This document shows positions 20,104-30,334 of a DNA stretch of 64,000 nt, piece after piece. Origin of the DNA: Verrucomicrobiota bacterium (GTDB lineage: Bacteria > Verrucomicrobiota > Verrucomicrobiia > Opitutales > Coraliomargaritaceae); NCBI GenBank assembly GCA_039815375.1, contig JBCBZJ010000015.1, positions 1-64,000 on the forward strand, given 5' to 3'. Within the stretch, counting starts at the first letter, position 1, and the number at the start of each line of letters is the position of its first letter. The notes under the pieces are model-generated. The model saw only the letters and a program-made list of their open reading frames with translations. It was not told the DNA's origin and did no database searches. Both the position numbers and the translations under genes were made by a program.

Positions 20104-21555
20104 ATGTCGGAAAAAGTAAAGTCCATCAATTGGCCCAGTGCAGCGCAGGCGCTGATCGAGAGGGTCGGGCCTTCGTCGATGGAGCCTTCGGTTTTGGACT
20201 GTCTGCGTTCTACCGAGAACAAGCCCGTCATGGTGGCTTGTTCAGGTGGTGCTGATTCGGTTTTCATGTTGTGTGCACTTTTTGCGCGCGCGGATGAGCT
20301 TGGCCTCAACTTACATCTGGCGCATTATAATCATCGCTGGCGTGGGCAGGCGTCCGAATTGGATGCTGAATTTGTTCGCTCTCTGGCCGATGCGTTTGGT
20401 CTGCCTTTTCACTTGGCTCAGCGTCCTGATAATGAGGCGGCATTTACCGAGACGACGGCACGTTCGCTGCGCCTCGCGTTTCTCCGAAAGGTTGCTCGTA
20501 AGATTGGCTGTCAACATATTGCCTTTGGCCATCAGCTTGACGACATTCTGGAAACTCAGCTGCAAAGGCTGGCCCGTGGTTCGGGAACCGAAGGTCTCGC
20601 CGCTCCCAGACCTGTGGCCACTTTCGACGGCAAGCCGATGCACTTACGTCCTTTGTTGAAGTTGCGCTCCGTGGACATTCGCATGGGCTTGAACTCCCTC
20701 GACATCCCATGGCGGGAAGACAGCTCCAACGAGGATGCCTGTATCGCGCGCAATGCGCTTCGGCACGACGTAATTCCCGAACTCACTGATGCGCTGGATC
20801 GAGACCCGTCAACCGGAGCGGCCCGTAGCCGCGCACTGCTCGAAGAAGATGCTGCGGCACTCGACCAGCTGGCTCGTGAGCGTTTGCCGGAAGCCTTCAG
20901 TGGGGAGAGTGTATTAAAACGATCGACGCTCCGTTCTCTGCCTATGGCGCTCTTGCGTCGGGCACTTGCCGGTTGGTTGAACGCCCACGGATTGATGGAT
21001 TCTTTCAGTGCGCCTGCGATGGATTTGTTGATTGGTTCAATACTGTCGAGTGCTGCTAGTAATCGTCAGAGCGCAGGTGCCTCTTTCATCCGTATCGACT
21101 CGGAGAGCATTTGTATTGAGGAGGATGAAATCGAAACACCGCTCCAGCACGTTCAGTTCGAGCCTGGTGAGGCGGTAGTTCTTTCTAATGGTTTTTTGAT
21201 TGAATCGGAAAGGCTTGAGCTTGATGACAAAGTACGGGCCGAGATACTGAGCGGTTTGATTGATCCTGAGGCTGAGGCGGTCTTGGTTGTTCCGTGTGAT
21301 GACCCGCTTGATGTGCGCGGCTGGCAGCCGGGTGATCGCTTTCGCCCGCTCGGTGCCCCGGGAACGCGCAAATTGAAAGACTGGTTTATCGACCGCCAAA
21401 TCCCGAAGAAGGAACGAAATCAGCTTCCAATTGTCACTACCTCGGCCGGGGAAGTCATCTGGGTGCCCGGCTTCCCTCCTGCGGATAAACTTAAGATCCT
21501 CAAAGATACCAAACTGGCTCTTAGGTTGACTTACCGCCCTAGAAATCCACGTTGA
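20104..21555 (+). CDS. tilS: tRNA(Ile)-lysidine synthetase
   Basis: ACSGGADS PP-loop, HYNH, GHQLDD..ET, RPLL, REDSSN, RN.LRH, C-terminal RKLKDWFID. Confidence 0.95.
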   Translation: MSEKVKSINWPSAAQALIERVGPSSMEPSVLDCLRSTENKPVMVACSGGADSVFMLCALFARADELGLNLHLAHYNHRWRGQASELDAEFVRSLADAFGLPFHLAQRPDNEAAFTETTARSLRLAFLRKVARKIGCQHIAFGHQLDDILETQLQRLARGSGTEGLAAPRPVATFDGKPMHLRPLLKLRSVDIRMGLNSLDIPWREDSSNEDACIARNALRHDVIPELTDALDRDPSTGAARSRALLEEDAAALDQLARERLPEAFSGESVLKRSTLRSLPMALLRRALAGWLNAHGLMDSFSAPAMDLLIGSILSSAASNRQSAGASFIRIDSESICIEEDEIETPLQHVQFEPGEAVVLSNGFLIESERLELDDKVRAEILSGLIDPEAEAVLVVPCDDPLDVRGWQPGDRFRPLGAPGTRKLKDWFIDRQIPKKERNQLPIVTTSAGEVIWVPGFPPADKLKILKDTKLALRLTYRPRNPR

Positions 21556-21564
21556 CCCGTTCAC

Positions 21565-23625
21565 ATGTCTTCAGAGAATAAAACACCGCAAAATAACAAT
21601 ACTGGAAACAACGGCTCACCACAGCGTTTTCAGCCTAAGGTGCTGCTCATTTATCTCGTTATTGTAGCCGCCATCCTGACTATCTGGTTTGCCAACCCCA
21701 GTGGTGGTGGGAACGTCAAACAGTTGACCATCAGTGAACTTATTCAGGAAGTAAAGGATGGGACGATCGGCGAGGATGACGGCGTCATGGAGCCGGACCC
21801 ATCTTACGGGCGCGATGGCTATGTGATTTCCGGTGAAATGCGTAATCCGCTTTGGACGGAGCAGGAAGATGGAGTCATTGTCGCGGCTGATACGCCGGAA
21901 AAAATTCGTTTCAGTTCACGTGGCCGGCTGACAGAAGAAGATTTCCTTCTCGTGCGAGAAGTTCTTAAGGAGAAGCGTGCGAGCACTGCGATGCAGGACA
22001 TTCTTATCAGCTTCCTTCCCTTTGTTCTGATCATCGGACTTCTGTATTTCCTTTTTGTTCGCCAGCTTAAGAATGCCGGACGTGGTGCAATGAGCTTTGG
22101 CAAGAGCAAGGCCAAGATGCTGACCCGCGAGAAGGATTCGGTAACGTTTAAGGACGTTGCCGGTTGCGACGAAGCTAAGGAGGAAGTCTCCGAAGTGGTC
22201 GATTTCCTAAAGGACCCGAAGAAGTTCCAGCGAATTGGCGGCCGTATACCGAAAGGTGTGCTCATGGTCGGCCCTCCGGGCACCGGTAAAACACTCCTTG
22301 CCAAGGCCGTCGCTGGTGAAGCGGAGGTCCCATTCTTTTCCATCTCAGGTTCCGACTTCGTCGAAATGTTCGTTGGTGTTGGTGCTGCCCGTGTTCGTGA
22401 TATGTTTGAACAGGGCCGCAAGAACGCGCCATGTATCGTTTTCATCGACGAGATTGATGCGGTGGGTCGCCAACGCGGTGCCGGTCTCGGTGGCGGCAAC
22501 GACGAGCGCGAGCAAACACTCAATTCGCTTCTCGTTGAGATGGACGGCTTCGATGGCCATGAAGGCGTCATCATCATCGCAGCAACCAACCGACCGGATG
22601 TTTTGGATAACGCGCTTCTACGTCCCGGTCGCTTTGATCGCCAGGTCACCATAGATTTGCCAGATCTGAACGGTCGCCACGAGATTTTGAAGGTCCACGC
22701 CAAAAAAATTGCACTCGCAGAGGAGGTGAATCTGGAGCACGTGGCCCGAAACACCCCAGGTTTCTCGGGCGCTGATCTTGCCAATCTCTTGAATGAAGGT
22801 GCGCTGATTGCCGCTCGTTACAACAAAAAGGTTGTCGAGATGCAGGACATCGACGAAGCCCGCGACAAAATTTCCTTCGGTCGTGAACGCCGCAAGTTGA
22901 TGGATGACGAAGATCGAAAGATCACGGCTTATCATGAAGCAGGCCATGCGATCGTTCAGGCTGTCGTCGATGACGGGCACTTGCCCGTCCATAAAGTGAC
23001 AATTATTCCACGCGGTCAGAGCCTCGGTTCGACCATGTTCATGCCGAAGAAGGATGTTCTGAACCATTCCAAGCGCCGTCTGCTCAATCAGATTTGTTGT
23101 GGTATGGGTGGCCGTGCTGCTGAAGAAATCGAAATGGGTGACATCACTTCGGGGGCTTCGGGAGACATTCGCATGGTGACTAAGACCGCACGTCACATGG
23201 TCTGTGACTGGGGGATGACCGATCTTGGTCCGGTCGCTTATGGCGAGAATAAAGATCATGTTTTCCTTGGTCAGGAGGTCGCTCGCTCTCAAAATTACAG
23301 TGAGGAAACGGCTCAGAAAATTGATTCGGCTATCCACACGATCGTGGATGAGCAATACCACCGCAGTCTCGATATTCTGAATGAGCACCGCAAGGCGCTT
23401 GATGTCTGCGCGCAGGCTTTGCTCGATCACGAGACGATTGATGGCAAACACGTCCATGAGATTCTTGAGTTTGGGGAAATTCGCTCGCCCATTATCAAGC
23501 GTGAGATTCCTGAGCCTGAAGCAGAGGAAGATGAGAAAGAGGCTGACGTGAAAGAGGCTGCTTCTGAAAAGAACGATGAGGGTGGTCTTGCCGGCGAAGA
23601 AGCACCGGCTGGCGCTCCTGCGTAA
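21565..23625 (+). CDS. ftsH: ATP-dependent zinc metalloprotease FtsH
   Basis: Two TM helices, [25 protein letters not shown]. Confidence 0.98.
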   Translation: MSSENKTPQNNNTGNNGSPQRFQPKVLLIYLVIVAAILTIWFANPSGGGNVKQLTISELIQEVKDGTIGEDDGVMEPDPSYGRDGYVISGEMRNPLWTEQEDGVIVAADTPEKIRFSSRGRLTEEDFLLVREVLKEKRASTAMQDILISFLPFVLIIGLLYFLFVRQLKNAGRGAMSFGKSKAKMLTREKDSVTFKDVAGCDEAKEEVSEVVDFLKDPKKFQRIGGRIPKGVLMVGPPGTGKTLLAKAVAGEAEVPFFSISGSDFVEMFVGVGAARVRDMFEQGRKNAPCIVFIDEIDAVGRQRGAGLGGGNDEREQTLNSLLVEMDGFDGHEGVIIIAATNRPDVLDNALLRPGRFDRQVTIDLPDLNGRHEILKVHAKKIALAEEVNLEHVARNTPGFSGADLANLLNEGALIAARYNKKVVEMQDIDEARDKISFGRERRKLMDDEDRKITAYHEAGHAIVQAVVDDGHLPVHKVTIIPRGQSLGSTMFMPKKDVLNHSKRRLLNQICCGMGGRAAEEIEMGDITSGASGDIRMVTKTARHMVCDWGMTDLGPVAYGENKDHVFLGQEVARSQNYSEETAQKIDSAIHTIVDEQYHRSLDILNEHRKALDVCAQALLDHETIDGKHVHEILEFGEIRSPIIKREIPEPEAEEDEKEADVKEAASEKNDEGGLAGEEAPAGAPA

Positions 23626-23689
23626 CATTTTGTTTTGTCTCGAAACCGTAAGTGGATCGGCTAGCTTACGGACTCACTTGAAAGACTGC

Positions 23690-24610
23690 GTGGATACCGA
23701 ACTTACTTACACTGTCGACGACTTGAATCGTCTTGAGTTCAGTGGAACACCGCTTGCAGTCATCGGTCATCCGGTTCGTCACTCGGTCAGTCCGGCGATG
23801 CATAACGCTGCAATCGAGGAGCTGCGCGCTGTCGGTAATCGCTTTAGCGACTGGGTGTATTATCGCTTCGATGTGCCACCGGATGAGTTTGCCGATGCAG
23901 TTCCGCTCTTCCATCAGCATAACTTTCTCGGGCTGAATTTGACTATACCTCATAAAGTTCAGGCCATGGATCTAGTAAAGGATGTGTCGCCTGATGCCGG
24001 GCGTATGGGTGCCTGTAACACGCTTGTGTGGGATCAGTCTGGCTACGATGGTTTTAATACTGATGGTTACGGTTTAAAGAAGGGCTTACTTGAGGACTTG
24101 GACTTTGAGCTAAAGGGGGGCACGGTTGTTCTTCTGGGCTCCGGTGGTGCGGCCCGTGCTGCTGCGGTGCAGTGTGTGCTTGAAGGATGCGCAAAACTCT
24201 ATGTTGGCAACCGCACGCTCTCTAGACTCGACGGGCTTATGTCTGTGGTAAATGGAATGCCGGGTTGTGATTGTGCAGAAGCGTTCCCTCTGGCCGAGCC
24301 TCCCCAGGAGCTTCCCGAGACGGGTGTCCTGATCAATGCGACTTCTCTGGGCTTAAGGGAGGATGATCCTGTGCCGTTCGATATTTCTCTACTGCCGGAC
24401 GGTTGGAAAGTCTATGATATGATTTATAACCCGTCTGCCACCAACCTGATAAAGGCGGCCGCAGATCGTGGGCTTTCCTTCGCTAACGGACTCTCCATGC
24501 TCGTTCACCAAGGGGCTCGTTCACTGGAAATATGGTCGCATGCCGACGTCGATTCTCATGCAATGATGGAGGCAGCTTGTCATGCCCTGAAACAGCCGCT
24601 GAGAATGTAG
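23690..24610 (+). CDS. aroE: Shikimate dehydrogenase
   Basis: GHPVRHSVSP.MHN, NLTIPHK, NTDG.G, G.GGAARA, NATSLG, DMIYNP, GLSMLVHQG; GTG start inferred. Confidence 0.93.
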   Translation: MDTELTYTVDDLNRLEFSGTPLAVIGHPVRHSVSPAMHNAAIEELRAVGNRFSDWVYYRFDVPPDEFADAVPLFHQHNFLGLNLTIPHKVQAMDLVKDVSPDAGRMGACNTLVWDQSGYDGFNTDGYGLKKGLLEDLDFELKGGTVVLLGSGGAARAAAVQCVLEGCAKLYVGNRTLSRLDGLMSVVNGMPGCDCAEAFPLAEPPQELPETGVLINATSLGLREDDPVPFDISLLPDGWKVYDMIYNPSATNLIKAAADRGLSFANGLSMLVHQGARSLEIWSHADVDSHAMMEAACHALKQPLRM

Positions 24611-24623
24611 AGATAAATCACCT

Positions 24624-25544
24624 ATGTTAGAGACCTTTGAAATCGTGAATGAGGAACTGCCGTGGTTCTTTGCCAGCATGAGTTTCATCTTTGGAGCTTT
24701 GGTCGGCAGTTTTCTAAATGTCTGCATTTACCGCATTCCGGCAGGGCGCTCCATCATCTTTCCTGGTTCCACCTGTGCTTGTGGCGAGGCGATTCCCTTC
24801 TATCACAACATCCCGATTTTTACCTGGCTTCTGCTTAGGGGGAAGGCGCATTGCTGTGATTTGCGTTTCAGTGTGCGCTACCCGGCGATCGAGCTGCTGA
24901 CGGCATGCCTGTTTCTCTGGACGTGGCTGACTCATCCGCCACTCGTAGCTTTGGTCGGTATGCTGTTCGTCTCCTTTCTGATTTGCGCGACCTTTATTGA
25001 TCTCGACCATATGATTATACCTGATCGATTTTCAATCGGAGGCATGGTGATCGGCGTAGTTATCTCATTTACGGTGCCAAGCCTGCATGGCTACGAAGGT
25101 GTCTGGTTGGGTACTGGTATTCAGTCGACGATTACTTCAATAATAGGCGCTCTGATCGGTGCAGGGTTGGTCTACTGGATCGCGGTGCTCGGTGAGATTG
25201 TCTTTCGGAAGCCTGCAATGGGTGAGGGTGATGTGAAGTTTGTCGGTTTCATCGGTGCCTTTTGCGGATGGCAGGGCGCGGTTTTTGCCATGTTCGGCGG
25301 TGCTTTAATCGGGTCTGCCGTTCTTTTGCCTGTCCTACTTCTCGGTCGCTTGTTCGGCTGGAAGCAGAGTATTCAATACGATGATGAAGAGACAGGAGAG
25401 ACTAAGACTGAGGAAGTTGCCTTTGGTGCAGTTGTTCCCTTTGGTCCCATGTTGGCTGCGGCCGGGCTCGTTTACTTCCTTGGTTTCAGCAAGGTCGTTG
25501 ATGCCTACTTCGCAGATTTAGCGGGCTTTTTCTTTGGCGTCTAG
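24624..25544 (+). CDS. pilD: Prepilin peptidase (A24)
   Basis: GSFLNVCIYRIP, NIP, RYP.IE, IDL, MGEGDVK, PFGPML. Confidence 0.93.
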   Translation: MLETFEIVNEELPWFFASMSFIFGALVGSFLNVCIYRIPAGRSIIFPGSTCACGEAIPFYHNIPIFTWLLLRGKAHCCDLRFSVRYPAIELLTACLFLWTWLTHPPLVALVGMLFVSFLICATFIDLDHMIIPDRFSIGGMVIGVVISFTVPSLHGYEGVWLGTGIQSTITSIIGALIGAGLVYWIAVLGEIVFRKPAMGEGDVKFVGFIGAFCGWQGAVFAMFGGALIGSAVLLPVLLLGRLFGWKQSIQYDDEETGETKTEEVAFGAVVPFGPMLAAAGLVYFLGFSKVVDAYFADLAGFFFGV

Positions 25545-27328
25545 TCTCGTTCTATCGTTTCTTCGATGGCGTTTTGCTGTCGTGCGATGTCATGTAAGGT
25601 GACAATGCCGAGGAGTTTGCTGGAATCCTTCCGGCTAACGACCGGGGCCTGCAGCACATCTTTGATGACGAGGGTGTTGGCGGCATCGCGTATCGAATCA
25701 TCCGGGCGGATGGAGATGATTTCTTGCCCAGCCAGTATCTCGTGCAGTGGAGCATCGTTGTCTGCAGCGACTAACTCCTCGAGCTCGTGATGCATGATCA
25801 TCCCGATTAATTCTTGAGAATTCAGATCAGCTATGACCGGGTAGCCGTGATGGATGTGGCCGCTATCTCTGATCGCTTCGAGATTTTCCAATGCATTGAA
25901 GGTTCCGGTCGCAGTCCTGCAGTCGTGCGTCATGATCGTGCCGACAGGTAGGTTGCGCCAGTCCTGTTGACCACGATAAGCAGGAAGCTTCTTTAAGCTG
26001 ATGCCGTCTTGGAGAAGCAGCGCGTCGTAAATCGGGACTTGGCGTAGCTTGACCGAAATTATGTAGGCAAGGAAGTTGCCGATCATCAAGGGTAGGATGA
26101 GCGAGTAGTTATGCGTCATCTCAAAGATGATTAGCACGGAGGTGAGTGGGCATCGAATAACCGCAGCGAAGAAGGCTCCGGTGCCGAGAAGTGCGCAGGC
26201 GGCTGCAACAGAACTATCCAGCTCAAAGAACTGGACTATCAGTGCGCCAAAAAGGCCACCTAACATGCTTCCGAGAAAGAGGACTGGTGCGAAAATACCG
26301 CCGCTGGCACCCGAGGCGTAGCAGATCGCGGTGGCGAAGAACTTGCCAATGAAAAGAAGGAGCAGAACATGCCAAATGAGGTGCCCGTTCAGCGCTGCAT
26401 TCAAATCGTTGTAGCCGATGCTGAAGACACCATCGTTACCGGCGGTGAATTGCCAAACGGTTACTCCGATCAGGCCAACACTTAGGCCACCGAGAGCCGG
26501 TTTCGCCCAGACAGGAAATTGCTGCCATTGTTTGAAGCGCCCGCGGAGGATGAGCAACAGGCTGGTGAAAGCGTGGCCGAGCAAGCCGGAGGCCGGACCG
26601 ATGAGCAGACAAACCAGCATCCACCACGAAGTCTCGAAAATTTCAGTGGTGGCGTGAAGGGCGCTATGATTCCCCAATAGACTGCGCTCGACCACCGCTG
26701 CGACGACCACTGCGATAAGAATACCGCCGAGTGCCTTACTGCTGAAGTTGTTGTCGAACAGCTCCTCGAAGACAAATGTAATGGCAGATATCGGTGCATT
26801 GAAAGCCGCTGAGATACCTGCTCCCATACCGACTGGGACCATTGCCTGCACCCGCAGCTTGCCGAGGCCGAAGAGTCGACCGAGTTTCGAGGAGACTGCG
26901 CTGCAGATGTGGACGGTGGGGCCTTCGCGGCCCAGGCTGTTTCCGAAAGCAACCGAAATGGTGCCGATGATGAAGCGCCAGAACGCTTCGGAGGTCTTAA
27001 TCACCCCGAATTTCTGATGGTAAGCCGCCTTGGTCTGAGGAATACCGGAGCCTGTTGCTGTCGGCGAAATATGACGAATCATCAGCCCCACGACGAGTCC
27101 GGCTACTGCCGGAGATAGAATCATGGCGGGAATGGCCCAGAAACCGAGCCCTTGATAGAAGCCGAAAAGTCCATCAAAGAGCACTGTAATCGCGAGGTGG
27201 AAGCTGACACCAATCAGTCCACAGACGACACCTGCACAGATGCAGAGCATCAGGAATCGCTGGCCGTCATCAAAACGACCCCGCATCCAGTTAGGCAGAT
27301 TGTTTAAACTAAAGGATTCCCTGGCCAT
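25541..27328 (-). CDS. CLC-family chloride/proton transporter with CBS pair
   Basis: GSGIP, GREGP, AFNAPI, FEE, GGIFAP motifs; C-terminal CBS domains. Confidence 0.93.
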   Translation of the reverse strand: MARESFSLNNLPNWMRGRFDDGQRFLMLCICAGVVCGLIGVSFHLAITVLFDGLFGFYQGLGFWAIPAMILSPAVAGLVVGLMIRHISPTATGSGIPQTKAAYHQKFGVIKTSEAFWRFIIGTISVAFGNSLGREGPTVHICSAVSSKLGRLFGLGKLRVQAMVPVGMGAGISAAFNAPISAITFVFEELFDNNFSSKALGGILIAVVVAAVVERSLLGNHSALHATTEIFETSWWMLVCLLIGPASGLLGHAFTSLLLILRGRFKQWQQFPVWAKPALGGLSVGLIGVTVWQFTAGNDGVFSIGYNDLNAALNGHLIWHVLLLLFIGKFFATAICYASGASGGIFAPVLFLGSMLGGLFGALIVQFFELDSSVAAACALLGTGAFFAAVIRCPLTSVLIIFEMTHNYSLILPLMIGNFLAYIISVKLRQVPIYDALLLQDGISLKKLPAYRGQQDWRNLPVGTIMTHDCRTATGTFNALENLEAIRDSGHIHHGYPVIADLNSQELIGMIMHHELEELVAADNDAPLHEILAGQEIISIRPDDSIRDAANTLVIKDVLQAPVVSRKDSSKLLGIVTLHDIARQQNAIEETIERD

Positions 27329-27342
27329 TGGCCGAAGTAGGT

Positions 27343-27370
27343 AAAAATAAAGCCCGTATAGACGGGCTTT
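27343..27370 (-). terminator. Intrinsic terminator after tRNA-Tyr
   Basis: Minus strand AAAGCCCGT-CTAT-ACGGGCTTTATTTTT. Confidence 0.75.
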
Positions 27371-27371
27371 G

Positions 27372-27461
<90 letters not shown>

Positions 27462-27528
27462 TGAGGAAAAGCAGGAGACAGTAGGTCGCCGGACGGCCTT
27501 GCCAAGTAATTTTTTGGAAATTTCTGAT

Positions 27529-28734
27529 TTACAACGATTCTTCGACCGGCAGCTCGATGATCTGCCATGGGAGGCCACGTAGGTTGAGCTCCTGCATAAA
27601 GGGGTCTGGGTCGCGTTGTTCCATGTTCCAGACTCCTGGCTCTTTCCAGAGCCCTTTCAGGATCATTTGAGCGCCGATCATGGCTGGAACCCCAGTGGTG
27701 TAGCTGATGGCCTGACTGGAGACTTCTTTATAGCACTCCTGATGGTCGCAGGTGTTGAAAATAAAGATGCGCTTTTTTTGGCCGTCCTTGATGCCTACGA
27801 TGTCGCAACCGATGCAGGTCTTGCCCTTGGTACGGGGGCCGAGGCTAGCGGGATCAGGGAGGACAGCTTTCAGGAATTCAATCGGTTGGACCGGCTGCCC
27901 TTGGAAATCAATCGGCTCGATTGAGGTCATCCCGACATTTTCGAGCACTCGCAGATGGTTGAGATATTTTTCGGAAAAAGTCATCCAGAAACGGATACGC
28001 TTTAGACCCTTGATATTCTGGCAGAGCGACTCCATTTCCTCGTGGTAGAGTAGGTAAGCGTCCTGCGGACCGACGATGGGAAAGTCATAGACCTGATGCA
28101 CACTCATCGGTGCGACTTCCTTCCACTGACCTTCTTCCCAGTAGCGTCCGTTCTGCGTAATCTCGCGGATATTGATCTCCGGATTGAAGTTGGTCGCGAA
28201 GTGGTAGCCGTGATCGCCTGCGTTGGCGTCGAGGATGTCGATAGTTTCGATTTCGTCGAAGAGGTGCTTCTGTGCGTAGGCGCAAAAGACATTGGTCACA
28301 CCAGGATCGAAGCCGGAGCCGAGCAGGGCCGTGAGCCCCGCATCCCTGAATCGGTCCTGGTAGGCCCACTGCCATTTGTATTCGAACTTCGCTTCGTCGG
28401 GTGGTTCGTAGTTGGCTGTATCAAGGTAGTGGACCTTGGCGGCGAGACAGGCATCCATCAGCGGCAGGTCCTGATAGGGCAGGGCCACATTGATTACGAG
28501 CTCGGGTTGCTCGGCCTCCAGGAAAGCGGTAGTGGCTTTGACATCATCAGCGTCGATTGCGGCAGTTTGAATGCGAATGCCAATCTTCGATTCAACATCG
28601 GCTGCAATTGCTTCGCACTTCGCAAGGGTTCGGGATGCCAGAACGATATCCGTAAAGATCTCAGACATCTGAGCGCACTTGTGGGCGACCACATTTCCGA
28701 CTCCACCTGCCCCAATTATGATGACCTTTGACAT
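27529..28734 (-). CDS. Saccharopine dehydrogenase family protein, likely carboxy(nor)spermidine dehydrogenase
   Basis: IIGAGGVG, NVALPYQD, YLDTANYEP, GFDPGVTN, FATNFNPEINIRE, YHEE, SYTTGVPAM. Confidence 0.88.
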   Translation of the reverse strand: MSKVIIIGAGGVGNVVAHKCAQMSEIFTDIVLASRTLAKCEAIAADVESKIGIRIQTAAIDADDVKATTAFLEAEQPELVINVALPYQDLPLMDACLAAKVHYLDTANYEPPDEAKFEYKWQWAYQDRFRDAGLTALLGSGFDPGVTNVFCAYAQKHLFDEIETIDILDANAGDHGYHFATNFNPEINIREITQNGRYWEEGQWKEVAPMSVHQVYDFPIVGPQDAYLLYHEEMESLCQNIKGLKRIRFWMTFSEKYLNHLRVLENVGMTSIEPIDFQGQPVQPIEFLKAVLPDPASLGPRTKGKTCIGCDIVGIKDGQKKRIFIFNTCDHQECYKEVSSQAISYTTGVPAMIGAQMILKGLWKEPGVWNMEQRDPDPFMQELNLRGLPWQIIELPVEESL

Positions 28735-28889
28735 GGCACACAGGTTGATGGCTTGGAGTTAAACTGAAAAGAACTGAATTTAATGAACTCAGAATTTCAC
28801 TGATGTTCACTTGTGATTCGCGTGGATAAGTGTCGATTAGTGGTGAACTTGACTTGGAATAGAGTGCGGATACGTCATCTCTAGTTGAT

Positions 28890-29516
28890 ATGCAGCAATT
28901 TAAGCTTATTCTGAAATATTCCTTCGTGATCGCATTTGCGGGGGCTCTCTTACTTGTAGCTATGCCTGATCGTCCAAAACCACCAGAACCTTCCGATGTG
29001 AACGTCAGTGAATGTGCATCTGCTTGCGGATTACCGTCTTATGCCGACCTTAGCGGCGACGAATTCCCGATTCAGCGCACGGAAGAAGAGTGGCGCGCGA
29101 TGCTGACCGAGCTACAATACCACGTAACACGGAACCACGGCACAGAGCGTCCGTTTAAAAACGAATATCACGATAATAAACGAGTCGGGCTCTACCGTTG
29201 CGTGAGTAGTGGAGCGCCGCTTTTCAGCAGCACTGATAAGTTTGACTCGGGGACGGGCTGGCCAAGCTTCACAAAGCCGATCGATGAGCGATTGGTTGGC
29301 GAGAAGCGCGACACAAGCTTCGGCATGGTTCGCGTCGAGGTGCACAGTGCACTTTGTGGCTCGCATCTCGGCCACGTCTTCCCTGACGGTCCAGCTCCGA
29401 CCGGATTGCGCTACTGCATCAATTCAGCTTCACTTAGGTTCGAGGAAACCGAGACAGAGGAAGATATCAAGGCTCTCGCCAAAGCATGGTATGATCAGGA
29501 AGAGACGAATCATTAG
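28890..29516 (+). CDS. msrB: Peptide-methionine (R)-S-oxide reductase with N-terminal signal/TM
   Basis: [37 protein letters not shown]. Confidence 0.95.
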   Translation: MQQFKLILKYSFVIAFAGALLLVAMPDRPKPPEPSDVNVSECASACGLPSYADLSGDEFPIQRTEEEWRAMLTELQYHVTRNHGTERPFKNEYHDNKRVGLYRCVSSGAPLFSSTDKFDSGTGWPSFTKPIDERLVGEKRDTSFGMVRVEVHSALCGSHLGHVFPDGPAPTGLRYCINSASLRFEETETEEDIKALAKAWYDQEETNH

Positions 29517-29598
29517 TATCTCTTCGATTTGATATTGTTACGATGGTTAATTATATCCGAGGTTGCCTGAATGAGACGACAACAGATCGGCGAACCAG

Positions 29599-29749
29599 CA
29601 GATTAAGAAACAATCTCCCCGGTATGAGCATGTCGATGCCTTGGATGGCGTAGACTTTCATCCACGAAATCGCTACTACACACAGGTTCCCGCAGGGGTG
29701 CCTCCACTCAAGTCCTGAGCTCAACTTTATCGAAAGACTTGATAGGGTT
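29599..29749 (+). pseudogene. Decayed IS630-family transposase fragment
   Basis: QIKKQSPRYEHVDALDGVDFHP...VPP, then a one-base shift to SSPELNFIERL, matching IS630 D.A.FH and LP.YSPELNPIE.LW motifs. Confidence 0.6.
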
Positions 29750-30068
29750 TGCGTGCTTCACGTAAAGGACTGGTGGGTAGATCCCGGGCGGGTCGTCGGT
29801 ATTTGTTTGGTATGCGCTTCAGCAAACGCCTCCCCAGGTCTCTGTATAACGACAGAGTTAAATCGAAATGATGCAAACGAACTTCAAAAACATGATATCG
29901 AGTGACGTCATTGCTTTTTTATAAGCCACATTCCTAATGCAAAGCATTAGAAATGTGTTCACCCAAATGGTGTTTTCGAACTGTTCCGGTTCCGGCAGTG
30001 GCCGGACCGGTCTTGTCGCTTCCCATCAGAGCTGCAGTCACGTAGGATTATACGTTTCTGCGCTCTTC

Positions 30069-30154
30069 GGTTGCCGATTTCCGCTTTGCTGACCTCGATT
30101 TCGCGACACACGAGAAGTAGGGTAACGCTCTTATCGGTTTATTAGAAAGCCCCT
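30069..30154 (-). mobile_element. MITE-like dispersed repeat, copy C (half element)
   Basis: GATTTCCGCTTTGCTGACCTCGATTTCGCGACACACGAGAAGTAGGGTAACGC...TTTATTAGA aligns with 15065-15130 and with the reverse complement of 19924-20010. Confidence 0.7.
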
Positions 30155-30334
30155 TGGATTTGAGTGCCCTCAGGAAGATTTCGAAAAGGAACCGATAATC
30201 ATGAACAACGGTGAACACATAATTTGCCCAGATGAAGCGCAGCTGGCCCAGCATCTAAACTGAGAGAAGCATCGTGAGATTTCGGAGCAAGGAAAGCTTA
30301 CAAAATGAAAAGTGATTTTTCAGGACATTATTTA

